A stretch of DNA of 64,000 bases from NCBI GenBank assembly GCA_964016885.1, contig OZ024742.1, positions 194,122,001 to 194,186,000 of the forward strand, written 5' to 3'. Source of the DNA: Eledone cirrhosa (taxonomy: Eukaryota). A model generated the notes under the pieces. That model saw only the letters and a list, made by a program, of their open reading frames with translations. It was not told the DNA's origin and made no database searches. The translations under genes were made by a program, and so were the position numbers. This document shows positions 27,073-40,229 of the stretch, piece after piece (position 1 is the first letter of the stretch; every line of letters starts with the position of its first letter).

Positions 27073-27192
27073 TTATTCTGATGAAATGACAGTAAATAAT
27101 AACATTGAAATATTGAATGTCTGCATAACTAAAAGTTTGTAGATAGCAGCTGTTTTAGGTTATGTAACTGTTATAGAAACACGTGTCAATAA
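27073..27192 (+). ncRNA. Hammerhead ribozyme motif with extended stem II
   Basis: TTATT-CTGATGA-A-ATGACAGT...ACTGTTAT-A-GAAAC-ACGT-GTC-AATAA; canonical core, GUC triplet, palindromic stem III. Confidence 0.8.
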
Positions 27193-27226
27193 ATTCCTTT
27201 CAACTAAACTGTATCCATTCAAATCT

Positions 27227-27267
<41 letters not shown>

Positions 27268-27268
<1 letters not shown>

Positions 27269-30200
27269 CGGCGATGAATTAGTTTTGCGAGGTTTTTTTA
27301 TATGAAATCGTGTGTCGAAACAAATATTGTTATACTTGGGGAGGGTCATATTTGTGTAATATTGCACAACAAAAACAAGAAACATAATAAAAGTAACAAC
27401 CACAATGGTAGAAATAACAGTAACAACAACAACAATACATCTAGCAATCATAACAATAATAATAATGCTAATGATAAAAACAACAACAACCACCCTGATA
27501 ACAACAATAGCAACACACACAACTATGACGATAGATATAATGACAACCCCTTAGAGAAACTATTTTTCAACCCAGCTGACAAAACATATAAGATGCGTAA
27601 TATCTATCCTACGAGGTTACCTTTTAATAAAAGAGTTTGCATACCACAACAAATAGATGACGAGACAGAGGCACAGTTCACCATAGCTAGAAATAAGATT
27701 AGACAAATAGTAGAGAGGTATACTAAGAGACAGAGAAGACCAGAGGCCCAACAACTTGGGAGGTAACCTGTAGAAGGCTTGGTTAGCCTCAAGCAGCGCA
27801 CAAGGGATGGTGAGGTAGTGTGTCTACCCACAGATAAGTCTGGTAGGATGTCAATAGATAGCATGCCGAACTACATCGAGGCTATGCAACACCACATCAC
27901 CAACACGAGAGAAGTTGCACACAAACACACGATGGGAGAGAAAAAATCCTCAACTCTCACATGATGATGTGGACTGACATTCTAAAGCCGAGCAGACGCA
28001 CTGCCAACAACTTCCAGGCGTCTAACAATGGCATACCACCCTTGTATGGGCTCCGCAAAGACCACAAGACAGTCGACGACCCGACAACAGGACCACCAAC
28101 AAGACCCGTATGCGGAGCTAAAATAGCTAGCAACTACAGGATCTCCTACTTCCTCTCAATGGTTATACGCCCCATAATCAAGACGTCCCCAGATATATGG
28201 GACAGTACAGAGGACCTCCTCAGCAGAATCAGTGAGTGCAACAAAAACAGGAGCCTATCCAACTGCATAATAGGCAGCATAGGATGTGGTGTCACTGTAC
28301 CCATCCATTAACATTGATTTTGCTGTGAAAAGATGTGTGGAGATGATCATTGAGAGTGAGGTGGAGTTCTGCGACGTCGACACAGACGAACTGGGCCTCC
28401 TACTTAGACTTACCTACGACACTGACTACCTAGACAGCCATGACCTTAGATGTTTCTGCCCTAGTAGACCTATAAGAGGTAGACCCCCCACCATAACCTC
28501 AATGGCAAAACAGATTCCCATGGGAAGGTCGATTGGGTGGACCAAAGCTATACGGACCCCCCAAAACAATGATCAGGTAAGAAAAATGGTCGCACATGCA
28601 ATAGGGGCCAGTATCAAAACTACCCTAAAGGGCCACATATTTAAGTTCAATGAGAAAATCTACACCCAAAATGAGGGAGCAGCCATCGGCATCAGGATAG
28701 CTGGTGATGTTGCCAACCTTTTCATGGTATGGTGGGAAAGGAGACTTAAAGATCTCCTTAATGAAAGCTCCATAGACCTCATCATGTACTCTCGTTATGT
28801 AGACGATATCAATATAGTTATAAGAACACCCCCACTAGAGAGCACTAACAAGTTTGATTTAGAACGTAGCACGATTGAAAGCATCCAGCAGATAGCTAAT
28901 TCCATACACCAGAGTATAACTGTAACTATCGACTTCCCTTCCAAACACCCTAACAATAGACAGTATTAGACACAGAACTCTAGAGTAACACTATAGACGA
29001 GAGAGCCCAAATTCTCCACTCACACTATGCTAAACCCATGGCCTCCAAATACCTGATACTCAAAAACTCAGCAATGTCCAGTAGTGCTAAGTTTAATATT
29101 CTGATCGCAGATTTGGTACGAGTGATGAAGAATGTGTCCCGCATGTGCGACCCAACAGAAATGGAAAGACACATCCAACACTTCATCAACCGCATGCAGT
29201 TCTCTGGCTACAACCAAAGAGACAGAGTCAGAGTATACGAAGGAGCCATGGAAAAGTATAAGACCCTAATAGGACTGTACATGAAAGGAATTTGCCCATT
29301 ACACAGGAGCAAATCATGGAATAGCATAGATAGGGCTAGACATAAGATAGGGAAAGCCACATCATGGTACGACAACCAGAGATACCAGAGTGTCATGTTT
29401 GTGGACGCCACCCCTGGAGGGAAATTAGCTAACCAGTGTAGAATGGCCCTGAGAAAGACCCACTTAAAAATAAAGGTGGTACCACCATAAACCACCATAA
29501 AATCCCTGATCAGCAAAACCTACCTTTTTAAGAAAACCCACTCTACCAATAGGAAATGTATCATATGTAAGGTGAACCCCCGGATAAACTGTAAAACTAG
29601 AAACGTAGTCTATAGCATGAGATGTACAGAGGGTACTTGAAAAAACATGACAACAACATATATAGGTGAGACAGCTCGTAGCATAGGTGAAAGGATAGAC
29701 CAACACTGGGGGGAACTAAAAGGACGAAAAAACGGGTCAGTACTATACGAACATGCTAGACAACAACATGACGGTAACATAGACAACATAGAAATTAGAA
29801 TAATATCTAAACATAGAAATGACCCAGCAGATAGGCAAATCAGAGAGGCCACTGAAATAGAAATTAGAAGATGAATGCTAAACAGAAAGAATGAATGGAA
29901 TAACAACAACACCCAAACAAACAACACTGACCTAAGAGAAGTATAAATAAGTAAATAAAATAAGATAAATAAATACATACACAAGCACAATAACAACAAG
30001 CACATAAACACACACTAGTCACCCATCACACAGCAAACATAACACTATACACACACGCAAACGAATGCGCAAAGAAGACAAAATAAAATAAACAAACAAG
30101 CAAATAAATAAATAAATATATAGACAGACTGAATAAAAAATGGCGTAGACATAGAACACAACAGGAGGAAAATATAACACCACTGACGATTTTGCAGATG

Positions 30201-30435
30201 TGCAACGAAAGATTTATGATAAATTTATGATAAACTATATATATGTGTTTGTGTCTATATTGTATGTGTATTATTTTTGACCGTCGGTCAGTCAATGGCA
30301 ACATTGAGGACCGAGTAAGTTAGATTACCAATATAAAAGACAGCGAGAAGCGAAAACCAACCAAACAGTGAGTGTATTCTGTTATTAATTCTGGCAATAT
30401 TACACAAATATGACCCTCCCCAAGTATAACAATAT
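27268..30435 (+). mobile_element. Penelope-like retroelement (RT + GIY-YIG), second type (possibly Naiad clade); frameshifted
   Basis: LPTDKSGR, PLYGLRKDHK..PTRPVCGA, VSLYPSI, YTQNEGAAIG..ANLFMVWW, RYVDDI, DFPSKHPNNR, HYAKPMAS, NVVYSMRC..YIGETARS..ER..H, RQIREA. A perfect 42-bp inverted repeat lies at 27324-27365 / 30394-30435. Both ends lie in (TA)n. Confidence 0.92.
30180..30219 (+). ncRNA. Degenerate hammerhead-like motif in the PLE 3' region (counterpart at about 50690-50732, minus)
   Basis: CA-CTGACGA-TT-TTGCA-GATG-TGCAA-C-GAAAGATTTA-TG; stem II clear, stems I and III weak. Confidence 0.45.
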
Positions 30436-30740
30436 ATATATATATATATAAGTTGAAAAAAATGAAAACGAAATGTCATTTCTCACTCTTAGTATGGCAC
30501 TTACTTAAATGTAAGTATGTATGTATACGTACATACATATATGTATACAGACGTACAGTAGCATGCATACATATATATATATATACATACAGGTACACAT
30601 ACATATATGCACGCATCAGTTTAGCGGACGCTTATTATAACGCCGCTTTGTTCGTTTATAAACAAACTGAACAGCCTGAATTTATGCCATACGGTGTTAA
30701 GGCAACCACGTTACCGTTTTGTTCAACACTGACATAGGAA

Positions 30741-30781
30741 CGATGTACTAGTTTCAAGCTTGTTAGCTATCATCAGCACCG
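30741..30781 (-). ncRNA. Minimal hammerhead ribozyme motif
   Basis: Exact reverse complement of the motif at 31396-31436. Confidence 0.85.
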
Positions 30782-31050
30782 TATACCCATCTGCCAGATA
30801 GTTGAACGTTCGAAAGTATATACTTTCCTTATGAAAATTAACGGCTGAGCAGCTTAATTTGCATATTAAGTGAGTTAAATCGGTCAGGCATACCGTCGTT
30901 CCTGTGTCAGTGTTGAACAAAAAGGTGACGTGTGTTGCCTTAACACCGTATGGCATAAATTCAGGCTGTTCAGTTTGTTTACAAACGAACAAAGCGGCGT
31001 TATAATAAGCGTCCGCTAAACTGATGCGTGCATATATGTATATGTACCTG

Positions 31051-31158
<108 letters not shown>

Positions 31159-31395
31159 CATGCTACTGTACGTCTGTATACATATATGTATGTACGTATA
31201 CATACATACTTACATTTAAGTAAGTGCCATACTAAGAGTGAGAAATGAAATTTCGTTTTCATTTTTTTCAACTTATCGTTTTCGGTATGCCTGACCGATT
31301 TAACTCACTCAATATGCAAATTAGGCTGCTCAGCCGTTAATTTTCATAAGAAAATATATACTTTCGAACGTTCAACTATCTGGCAGATGGGTATA

Positions 31396-31436
31396 CGGTG
31401 CTGATGATAGCTAACAAGCTTGAAACTAGTACATCG
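31396..31436 (+). ncRNA. Minimal hammerhead ribozyme motif
   Basis: CGGTG-CTGATGA-T-AGCT-AACA-AGCT-T-GAAAC-TA-GTA-CATCG; canonical core, palindromic ACTAGT stem III, GUA triplet, 5-bp stem I. Confidence 0.85.
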
Positions 31437-31587
31437 TTCCTGTGTCAGTGTTTAACAAAAAGGTGACGTGGTTCCCTTAACAACGTATGGCATAAATTCA
31501 GGCTGTTCAGTTTCTTTACAGACGAACAAAGTGGCGTTATAATAAGCGTCCGCTAAACTGATGCGTGCATATATGTATGTGTACCTG

Positions 31588-31636
<49 letters not shown>

Positions 31637-31715
31637 CGAAGGAAATGTGGTAAGGAACCAGTCCAGAATTAGCCGTCGAAACGGCTTGAGCTCAGCTGTC
31701 GGGGTCTCACTGGTT

Positions 31716-31771
<56 letters not shown>

Positions 31772-31813
31772 AATAACAACAAAGAGCGCTTAGAACATAG
31801 GTATATCTTTAAT

Positions 31814-31859
31814 TGCTAACAGTGTTTCGTCCACACTAGAAGTGGGACTCTTCAGATCA
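31814..31859 (-). ncRNA. Minimal hammerhead ribozyme motif
   Basis: Reverse complement of 33403-33448 with one stem I mismatch. Confidence 0.78.
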
Positions 31860-33402
31860 TAAAGAGTAAATACATAGTATACAAGCATTGACAAAGCCAA
31901 AACAGAAGAATATATGTGGGGATACCATAAGTTGGGAGGAGTTTAAAGAGTAAAGTAAAAGGAGTAAAATAAGAAAAGAGTAAAATAAAAATAAAAGTAA
32001 AAATAAAAATAAAAATAAAAATGAAAAATAAGAAATGTTATCACTCACAGTTGGGCAGGGTTCCGTTAACATACAGCTACATACAAGTATACGCATAAGC
32101 ATGAGCACCCGCATACACCTACACACAAGCACCCGTATGCAACACATACAGTATGCACTAATACAAATAACATATCATAGACGGATGGGCACAAGTTAAG
32201 AGATAGAGATAGATAAAAAATAGATAAGAGGTAGATAAAAAATAGATAAAAAATAGATAAAAAATAGATAAAAAATAGATTAAAAAATAGATAAAAGATA
32301 GATAAAAGATAAAAAATAAAAAATAAAATAAAATAAAATAAAGTAAAGTAAAATATACACCAGAAGATAAATAAAACAATACACCAAAAAAAATAGAGTA
32401 AAATATACACCATAAAGGAAGGTGTGGGTAAAGATAAGACTGGCAAATGCATAAGCTATCAAGCTATGTTCAACAAGTGATATACGTACAACATATAAAA
32501 TACACAAAAATATATACAAAAATATATATAAAAAATATATATAAAAGAGACGTATATATAAGGATATATATATATATATATACACATATCAGTCCAAGTA
32601 ATGCCTATTTATAAAAATGTAACTGGGGGTAAAAAGATGTAATAAGGGTAATCAAGATGGTAATTATTAGGGCATGTAATAATAATATTATTATAGAAAT
32701 CCTAAGGTGACACTAGTGTTGACTCATGGTGATATATGGAATATATCAGGAGCACACTAACGCCTTAGGTGTTGCAGTTAGCCGCAGTTCAACAATAGAG
32801 TGTTCGAATGAGATTTTTTATGAACAGATGCTATGTCCGCACTAGATTGAGTGGACCATTACAATGCAATGGAAACATCCCAGGTTGGACAGTCCCAAAA
32901 GTTCACACTCCAAAGTTCAATCCACAGGTGTGCATTCATAGAGTTGAGCGGTTGGGCAATCCCAAAAAGTTCACACTCCAAAGTTCAATACACAGATGTG
33001 CATTCATAGAGTTGAGCACTCAGGCAAGAATTAATTGGTTAACAAGGTGTATCCGCATCACAAGCAGGAGCATATGCTGGGAAGGTTGCGGGCAAATTCA
33101 TATACAGCAGCACGAACATCAAGAGGCAAATAACTGAGGCGCATATTAGTGAGCAGAAGCAGGCAAGTGCAGGTGGTAAAACCATTTTTATTTTTATTTT
33201 TATTTTTACTTTTTCATTTTTATTTTTATTTTTATTTTTATTTTTATTTTTACTTTTACTTTTATTTTTATTTTTATTTTACTCTTTTCTTATTTTACTC
33301 CTTTTACTTTACTCTTTAAACTCCTCCCAACTTATGGTATCCCCACATATATTCTTCTGTTTTGGCTTTGTCAATGCTTGTATACTATGTATTTACTCTT
33401 TA

Positions 33403-33448
33403 TGCTCTGAAGAGTCCCACTTCTAGTGTGGACGAAACACTGTTAGCA
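33403..33448 (+). ncRNA. Minimal hammerhead ribozyme motif
   Basis: TGCT-CTGAAGA-GTCC-CAC-TTCTA-GTG-T-GGAC-GAAAC-ACT-GTT-AGCA. Confidence 0.85.
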
Positions 33449-33658
33449 AATAAAGATATACCTATGTTCTAAGCGCTTTTTGTTGTTAATTGTATTACGG
33501 CTCTGTCCTCTGACATTGAGCTAACCATATACTGCCTATTTAATAAGTGGAGTGTTACACACTCCCAATTCTCTCCCTTATATATATATATATATATATA
33601 TGTATGCATGCTACTGTACGTCTGTATACATATATGTATGTACGTATACATACATACT

Positions 33659-33746
<88 letters not shown>

Positions 33747-34039
33747 AAAAGAGAAAGCACAGGGAAGCATTATAAAAAGGATTTTATCCAGGTATTTACG
33801 ACCGTTGCATTGGTAAGCGCAAACATATATCGCTATACTGCAAATAGCAGCCTCTCGATAATAACTGTTATCAACTCCATGTTTTCAAAATAACGAATAA
33901 GTTACTTGTAAAAGGTTCTTAATATATAAAAAAACAGTTTTTTAAAATCGTATTTACTAGTATAGGGAGAGAGGAAGGGGGAGAAGAATTAGGAAGTAGA
34001 GGGACAAATGTAGATGGTTGGAGGGGTAAAGATGGAAGG

Positions 34040-35085
34040 ATTCCCCGATCAGTTTTGATTCGTAGACTTCATGTCGTCAATTTACAGTGTAGGGAGTTAA
34101 AGAGAATTAAATTGTTTATAGTGGGAGGGAGAGAGAAAGAGAGGGAGATATAGAGAGATAAATATATATATATAAAAAAGGAGGGAAGAGAAAAAAAAAA
34201 GAAAAGAAAAGAGAACAAAAAAAAAAGGGAGAGAAGAAAAGAAGAAAACGAAAAAAAAAAGGAATGAAGGATGAGAAAGGGACATAAGTATTGGTTACTG
34301 TGGGTAATTTCAGGAGTTAGAATCAATAAGAGGGTAGAAAGTAGAAGTATATGCAGTTTGTCAGGTGGTAGTAGGAGGTTAAGGGTTCGATTTGCACTTG
34401 TAGTGCGAACATTTTTCTTTAAGTCTATCGTTGCAATAAATTGATCTTTCAATTTTATTGTTGAGTAACTTGTTATTCGTACTCAAAATGTAGAAGAGTT
34501 CAAGGTCAAACAACCGACAGCTTCTCACACCACTCCGATATGCAGGCGCGTTCGGTAATTTCTTCCACTCCAGTGTGTATTGATAGTTTCTTTCCCTCAG
34601 TTGCCAGGTCTTGTTCGCAAGGGTAGTTACATAACGATGCTGGAAATGTTTCATTGCGTAACGATGTGTATACCAACGAGCTTTAAATGAATTACCAGTC
34701 GCTCCAATGTAATACAATGTATGGTTGTCTGATTCCACTGTGCATTGGTAAACCAAGTTAGACTCCATACATTCATTATGCAATTGACAGGTTTCAGGTA
34801 GGTGGCAATTTCAATTCTTGTCATGGGCAACTTTGGCATAATTGGTGGGCTGCGATGCCTGTAGAAGTGTGTTACGTTTTGTTTTCCTTCTAGTGGGTGG
34901 TTGTGTATTAGATATTCTGTTGTGTTCGATGGTAATTGTATTGTTATTATTATAAAGTTGTGTTCCGGTGTTGTTACGTATCTTTTTAGCGTTAAGCATC
35001 TTAATATGTGCATCTATGTTTGGTGCCGTGGAGTAAGATAGTCTGATAGATTTAGTGTTAAGGATTTTGCTTAGATAAAATCCTT
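34040..35085 (-). mobile_element. 5'-truncated PLE fragment (GIY-YIG endonuclease region and 3' UTR)
   Basis: IRLSYSTAPNI near 35030; CMESNLVYQCTV..YYIGATGNSFKARWYTH..TTLA..W..AYRSGVRSCRL (34379-34783). Confidence 0.85.
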
Positions 35086-35261
35086 TATTTAATGCTTACA
35101 TGTGTTTTATCTTTTATTGTTTATACTCCAAGATTGAACGGGATTTACTAACCAGATTCTTGTAAACATGTGGAGTTACCCCTAACCGTACGTTAGAAAC
35201 CGTCCAAGAAACTGGCTATCTTAACCACGAACTGGATTACAATAAGCAATTTTCTGCTTTC

Positions 35262-35301
<40 letters not shown>

Positions 35302-35305
<4 letters not shown>

Positions 35306-35344
35306 GGAAAGAGAGAGAGAGAGAGTTGGTTATTCACTAACAAG

Positions 35345-35383
<39 letters not shown>

Positions 35384-35492
35384 GGAAAGAGAGAGAGAGA
35401 GTTGGTTATTCACTAACAAGTGAATATATATATATATATATATATATATAAAGGGAAAGAGAGAGAGAGAGAGTTGGTTATTCACTAAAAAG

Positions 35493-35496
<4 letters not shown>
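35302..35496 (+). repeat. Three tandem units of AAGGGAAA(GA)nGTTGGTTATTCACTAACAAGTGAA separated by (TA)n
   Basis: Seen directly at about 35302, 35380 and 35450. Confidence 0.9.
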
Positions 35497-35546
<50 letters not shown>

Positions 35547-36372
35547 CTTTGTGTGAGTGTATGTGTTGGACAGGTTTATTGGGATCAATTGATATTGCCT
35601 GTGTGCAAGAATACAAATGTAAAGCAGTAAAACACTTATCAGATTTGAATATCGTATGATGCAACTCCAACACAATTATGTACATGAATATACTCACACT
35701 AACTCACTATGTTTTGGGTAAGTGTAACAAGACACTTAGAATACGAACGACTTATAGAAAATGTTGAGGTGCCGGAATGGCTATATGTGATGATTCTCGA
35801 ATGTTGCCATTGAAATTGAAAATACAGCCTGGTTAAATTTTATAATCTATCATTCCAGTATCGATAAATGAATTCCCAATTCAATGTGCTTGATAGAGCA
35901 TCTTATATGATGGCTTGATATATCTATGTTCAGTTCATTTGAGAACATTGCCTCTTACAACACAAATGCTAAGCTGTATCGTTGTTTAACTTGTCCTTTT
36001 ACTCGGCAGTGGCAATACAATAATATAAGCCACTGGATTACTAGGCGCAAAATAGTCGATTTATTTCTCTCACCACTTAATTACCTTATTTACACTCCCG
36101 TGTGCTAACATTGAATATGTTTATGTTTATCGACAGGATGTGTTTAAACATTTGAGATATGAAAGCCTTAGCCTATGTAGTTGATTATTTTTACTGATAT
36201 TTGGTTTCCCACAACAACATTATTTCTGACATAGACATGTCATTTCATGTCATGAGTGATCAAAACTTTCTTTGATGTCTTCCGAGTTGACGTATGTCAT
36301 ATTGATATACTTTACTTCCAAGTGTCACTATTTTTAAATTCCAGACGACTGTATGTACATACGGATAATATA

Positions 36373-36420
<48 letters not shown>

Positions 36421-38669
36421 GGGGGGGGTGCGTGTGCGTGTGTGTGTGCGTGCGTGTGTGTGTATGTGTGTGTGTGTAAGTGTGTGTCTGTGTGTGTGTA
36501 TATGTGTGTGTATGTATATTTATGTAAGTATTATGTATATATATATATATATATGCGTGTGTGTCTGTGTGTGTGTGTGACTTGTTCCTCTATATATACG
36601 TACGTTTGTATATTTTGCTGCAAACAAAACTTGTTCATTTGATTTCTGGTCGGATATCTTACATCACATCACACACTATTTTGTGTGAGAATATGTATAT
36701 TGTTGTTTGGTAACTGGCGTATGCATAACATGAAAATGTTTCTAGCATGGATAAGATATTCATTCAAGTGTGAGTGAGTAAGTAAATGAGACGGAAAGTC
36801 GGGAACTGTGTTCTATGAATGTTACTATGGATGGTAATTTTCTTAGAATGAAAGGGATATGAGATAATGTAAAAGAAATACACGTTGGTTTAAACAAAGT
36901 TTAATGGATATATGTCTATACATAATACGCAAGACATTTAAACAAAGAACACTTCCCAGAAAGGTTGTGCTGACATTTGATACGATTCTTCCTCTTCGTG
37001 CGCAAACTAAACAACTACAAAAGGAAATAATGGGTAATTCTCTTTTTTCTTATAACAGTTTTGGAAATCTTTCTTCTCTTTTAGCTACGTTTCAATAATT
37101 AGATTTCATGAGCTTAAAAAGACTTTTATCGCCTCCATGTAATTAGATAGATTAATAGTTGCTCTCATATACACATCTGTATGTACACGTGTGTGTATTT
37201 ATATTTATTTTTGAAGGCACCAAATTCATGAATTTGATTTCTGGCTATTTCTCCTTGAGCAAGCAAAGTCCTGTATTTTCCTTGCTTAACCTACGGGAAA
37301 AATCTTTTTTTCTGTATCAAGCACTGTATCACGCTGAATATCTCTGAGAACAACGTTAAGTGTGTACATATCTGAGGAATGATCAACAACTTGCAAGTTA
37401 CTTTCAGAGCTGCAGCAACGACACACGAACATTTAATTATAATTATTTATATTTATATTTTCTTTTACACTCCTGTTAATTTTGCCTTCCATTCTTACGG
37501 AGTAGATATAATACATCACTAGCTACACACTGGGTCTATTTAAGTTGCTTTTCTCTCCCCCAAAATGTATGACCTTGTGCCTAAACAGAAAAGTTATTTT
37601 TTTATACTTTTAAATGATATCATTGTAGGTTTTTTTTTATCGTGGGATCAATTATTAGCTCATTGCTTCCTGAAGAGGGAGAGATTGATCGAATCTTTCC
37701 TACCGATTTACACCGGAGAAAGATGCCCAATCAAGCTTACACACAGAATAATAATTATTATTTCTATCATTGAGAAAAGGTCTGCAATGTGGTTAAGGGA
37801 AGGTCGATTATTTTGACCCTAGTTCCTAAATTTAATGTATGCATTGACCACAGTTGGATGGAAGGTAAAGCTGACCCCGGCGGGCTTTGGGACTCTGAAC
37901 GTTGAAAATCATAACTAAAAAGCATTTTATCCGATACTCTATCGATATTTCCAATAAGCCACACTACAGGGGAAGAATTGACCCAAGTCCAGGGCTGTTC
38001 TTTTTTGTATCGAGCTCCAAGGTATGAGAGGCAAAGTTGAACACAGTGCGACTGGAACACGGAAACAAAAGGATCACAACAAATACTGGTAATCATATGT
38101 TCGGTTCAATAGCCCTTCTACGAATAATCGCCCCATTATAAGTTTAGCAGAGAGTTATTTAGAAGTTGTAATGTTGCTACGAGGAACCACCAGTTTGGTT
38201 GAAAGATATGATAGGAATATTGACAACGACTTTAGCTTGTTTTTGCATTATTTATTAACAAAGGTTGAGCTGGCATGCCAAGAGAAATAAAATAAACGAA
38301 TTAAGATTTCAGAAAGACACGGGCTACTGGCTGTGAGGTGTTGCCAGGCCGTGGTTAAATTGTTGTGTTATATATTGGCTAGTGATTTCACGGTGAAAGA
38401 AAAGTAGTTGTTTACCTTTTGCGGTCGAGCTGCAAGAGAGAGATCCCTCAAATCTTCGCGGGTAATCTCTCCCCTCAGGACGCGAAGGGATACATCCTCT
38501 TCTCCTGGCGCTGATTGACTGAGCTAAGCCAAATCACGCACAGAGAATGTATGTGAGCCCGCGGATTGTAGGTCATTACATAAGTAATAATTGTTTATGT
38601 TTAGGTGCAGGGCCAACAATTTTGGAGGAGGGGAAAGTTGATTAAATCAGTGTGTTACTAGTATTTTAT

Positions 38670-39105
38670 TTTATCGCTATCTTCAATACGGTATTCGGAC
38701 CAACCCTTACGTATGGTGATAAATCTTGGGTAATGACCGAAGAATACGATCGGGAATACAAGCGGCCGAAATGGGTTTCCTCCGAAGTGACTCTGGAGTT
38801 AAGTTACTCGTTAGAGTGTGAAGCTCGGGTATCAGAATGTCACTTCAGTTGAGCCGCTACTTCTCCGAATTGAGAGATCACAACTCCGATACTAAGGGCA
38901 CGTGGTTAGAATATCTCAGGAAAGATCTCTGGACAGGTTTTACAAGCAAATCCAACCGGCAGGAGATCCAAGTGTAGAACCGGGGCAAGATCTTTGGGTA
39001 ACATCCATCACATTGGCTGGTCTCACTTGGGGATCCAACTGCACTCTGACAGGACACGCTGAAAGGAAGGTTTGATGACTCTGCCCCCCCAAGACCCCTC
39101 AGGTA
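38670..39105 (+). mobile_element. RTE-clade LINE 3' fragment
   Basis: IFNTVFGPTLTYGDKSWVMT then frameshifted RIRSGIQAAEMGFLR, typical of the RTE ORF C-terminus (PTLTYG.E.W..T..IQAAEM.FLRR). Confidence 0.8.
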
Positions 39106-39294
39106 TATGGGGACGAAGAAGACGGTGGAGGAGAAGGAGGCGGTGGCGGCTAACATTGGCGAGATATGAGTTCAGAATGTAGAGAGAGAGACCAAATATC
39201 AGTAAGCATTTGTCTGGCACAAAACGTTTCTGCCATGCGCGTGCGTGTGAGTGAGTATGTGTGTATACGTATGTGCCTATGTGTGTGACTGTGT

Positions 39295-39565
39295 GAAGGC
39301 GTGGTGCGTTGTGTTCTTGGGAAAAACACTTTATTTCATGTAACTCCACTTCACTCAATTGTAGACATTTGTTGTGGGGTTACTTGTGACAAGCTGTGTC
39401 AGATATTGTCTTTGCCTTGGACAACTTCGATAACGTGGCGATGGATGAATAGTATCCATGGGAAACTGCTGGTCTTCTACATGCACGCATTGCCCAAGCT
39501 TCAACCTCGACGTGGCAAACTTTCTAGGAGCAACACTATGGTCATTCAGGACAGAAGTGTCCTAT
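39295..39565 (+). repeat. Diverged SINE-like repeat
   Basis: GTTGTGTTCTTGGGAAAAACACTTTATTTCA matches the core of the SINE at 54183-54460 in reverse complement. Confidence 0.5.
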
Positions 39566-40083
39566 ATTATATAACCGCTTATACAAAGCCAATTCTCATT
39601 CGCAGATGAATGGTCAACCAGAGACTATAATAAGCACCATATGCCGAAGGTGGGATAACGTGTGACTGAAACTGAAACGACAGATGCGAAGTGAAAGTTA
39701 TTAACGTGGCAATACACAAATCAATCCAATTTAAATTACTGAATCTGTTCTTCATTCCTCAACACGATTATTTGCAAGGCGTGAAGGCGGTCAAATACTG
39801 TGGAAACTCTATTGAGACCTGATTAAGACGTCGGATGTGGAACTAATTCTAACTGATCCATGAATATCCCTGCCTAATTACCTCCAGTATTTTTCGTTTA
39901 TTTAAACCATCTGCGCACCAGTATCGTCACTACAATTCCAATAAGAGATAATTTCTTGTAAATAACATCCCCCGACATCACTTCATGTTTTTCTCAGATT
40001 GCGTCTCCAGCTGTCCGCCGGGGAAACAATTTTAACACACAATAAATTGAGTTCAGATACGTCACTTATTTTTCATTTTCTAT

Positions 40084-40150
<67 letters not shown>

Positions 40151-40192
40151 ATATATATGGGTATCGACCTGGGCGTATGCGCGTATGTATGC

Positions 40193-40229
<37 letters not shown>

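Larger units (their letters stand above)
31769..33493. mobile_element. Non-autonomous element with about 260-bp terminal inverted arms, each carrying a hammerhead (PLE pLTR-like)
   Basis: 31769-~32030 is the near-perfect reverse complement of ~33230-33493; low-complexity non-coding interior. Confidence 0.8.

Noticed and set aside
34040-34085. Hammerhead at the 3' end of the PLE fragment
   Set aside because: Both core boxes are mutated (TTGACGA, AAAAC) and the stems are unconvincing.
35302-35496. Repeat-spacer-like array
   Set aside because: The spacers are only (TA)n; it is a local tandem duplication.
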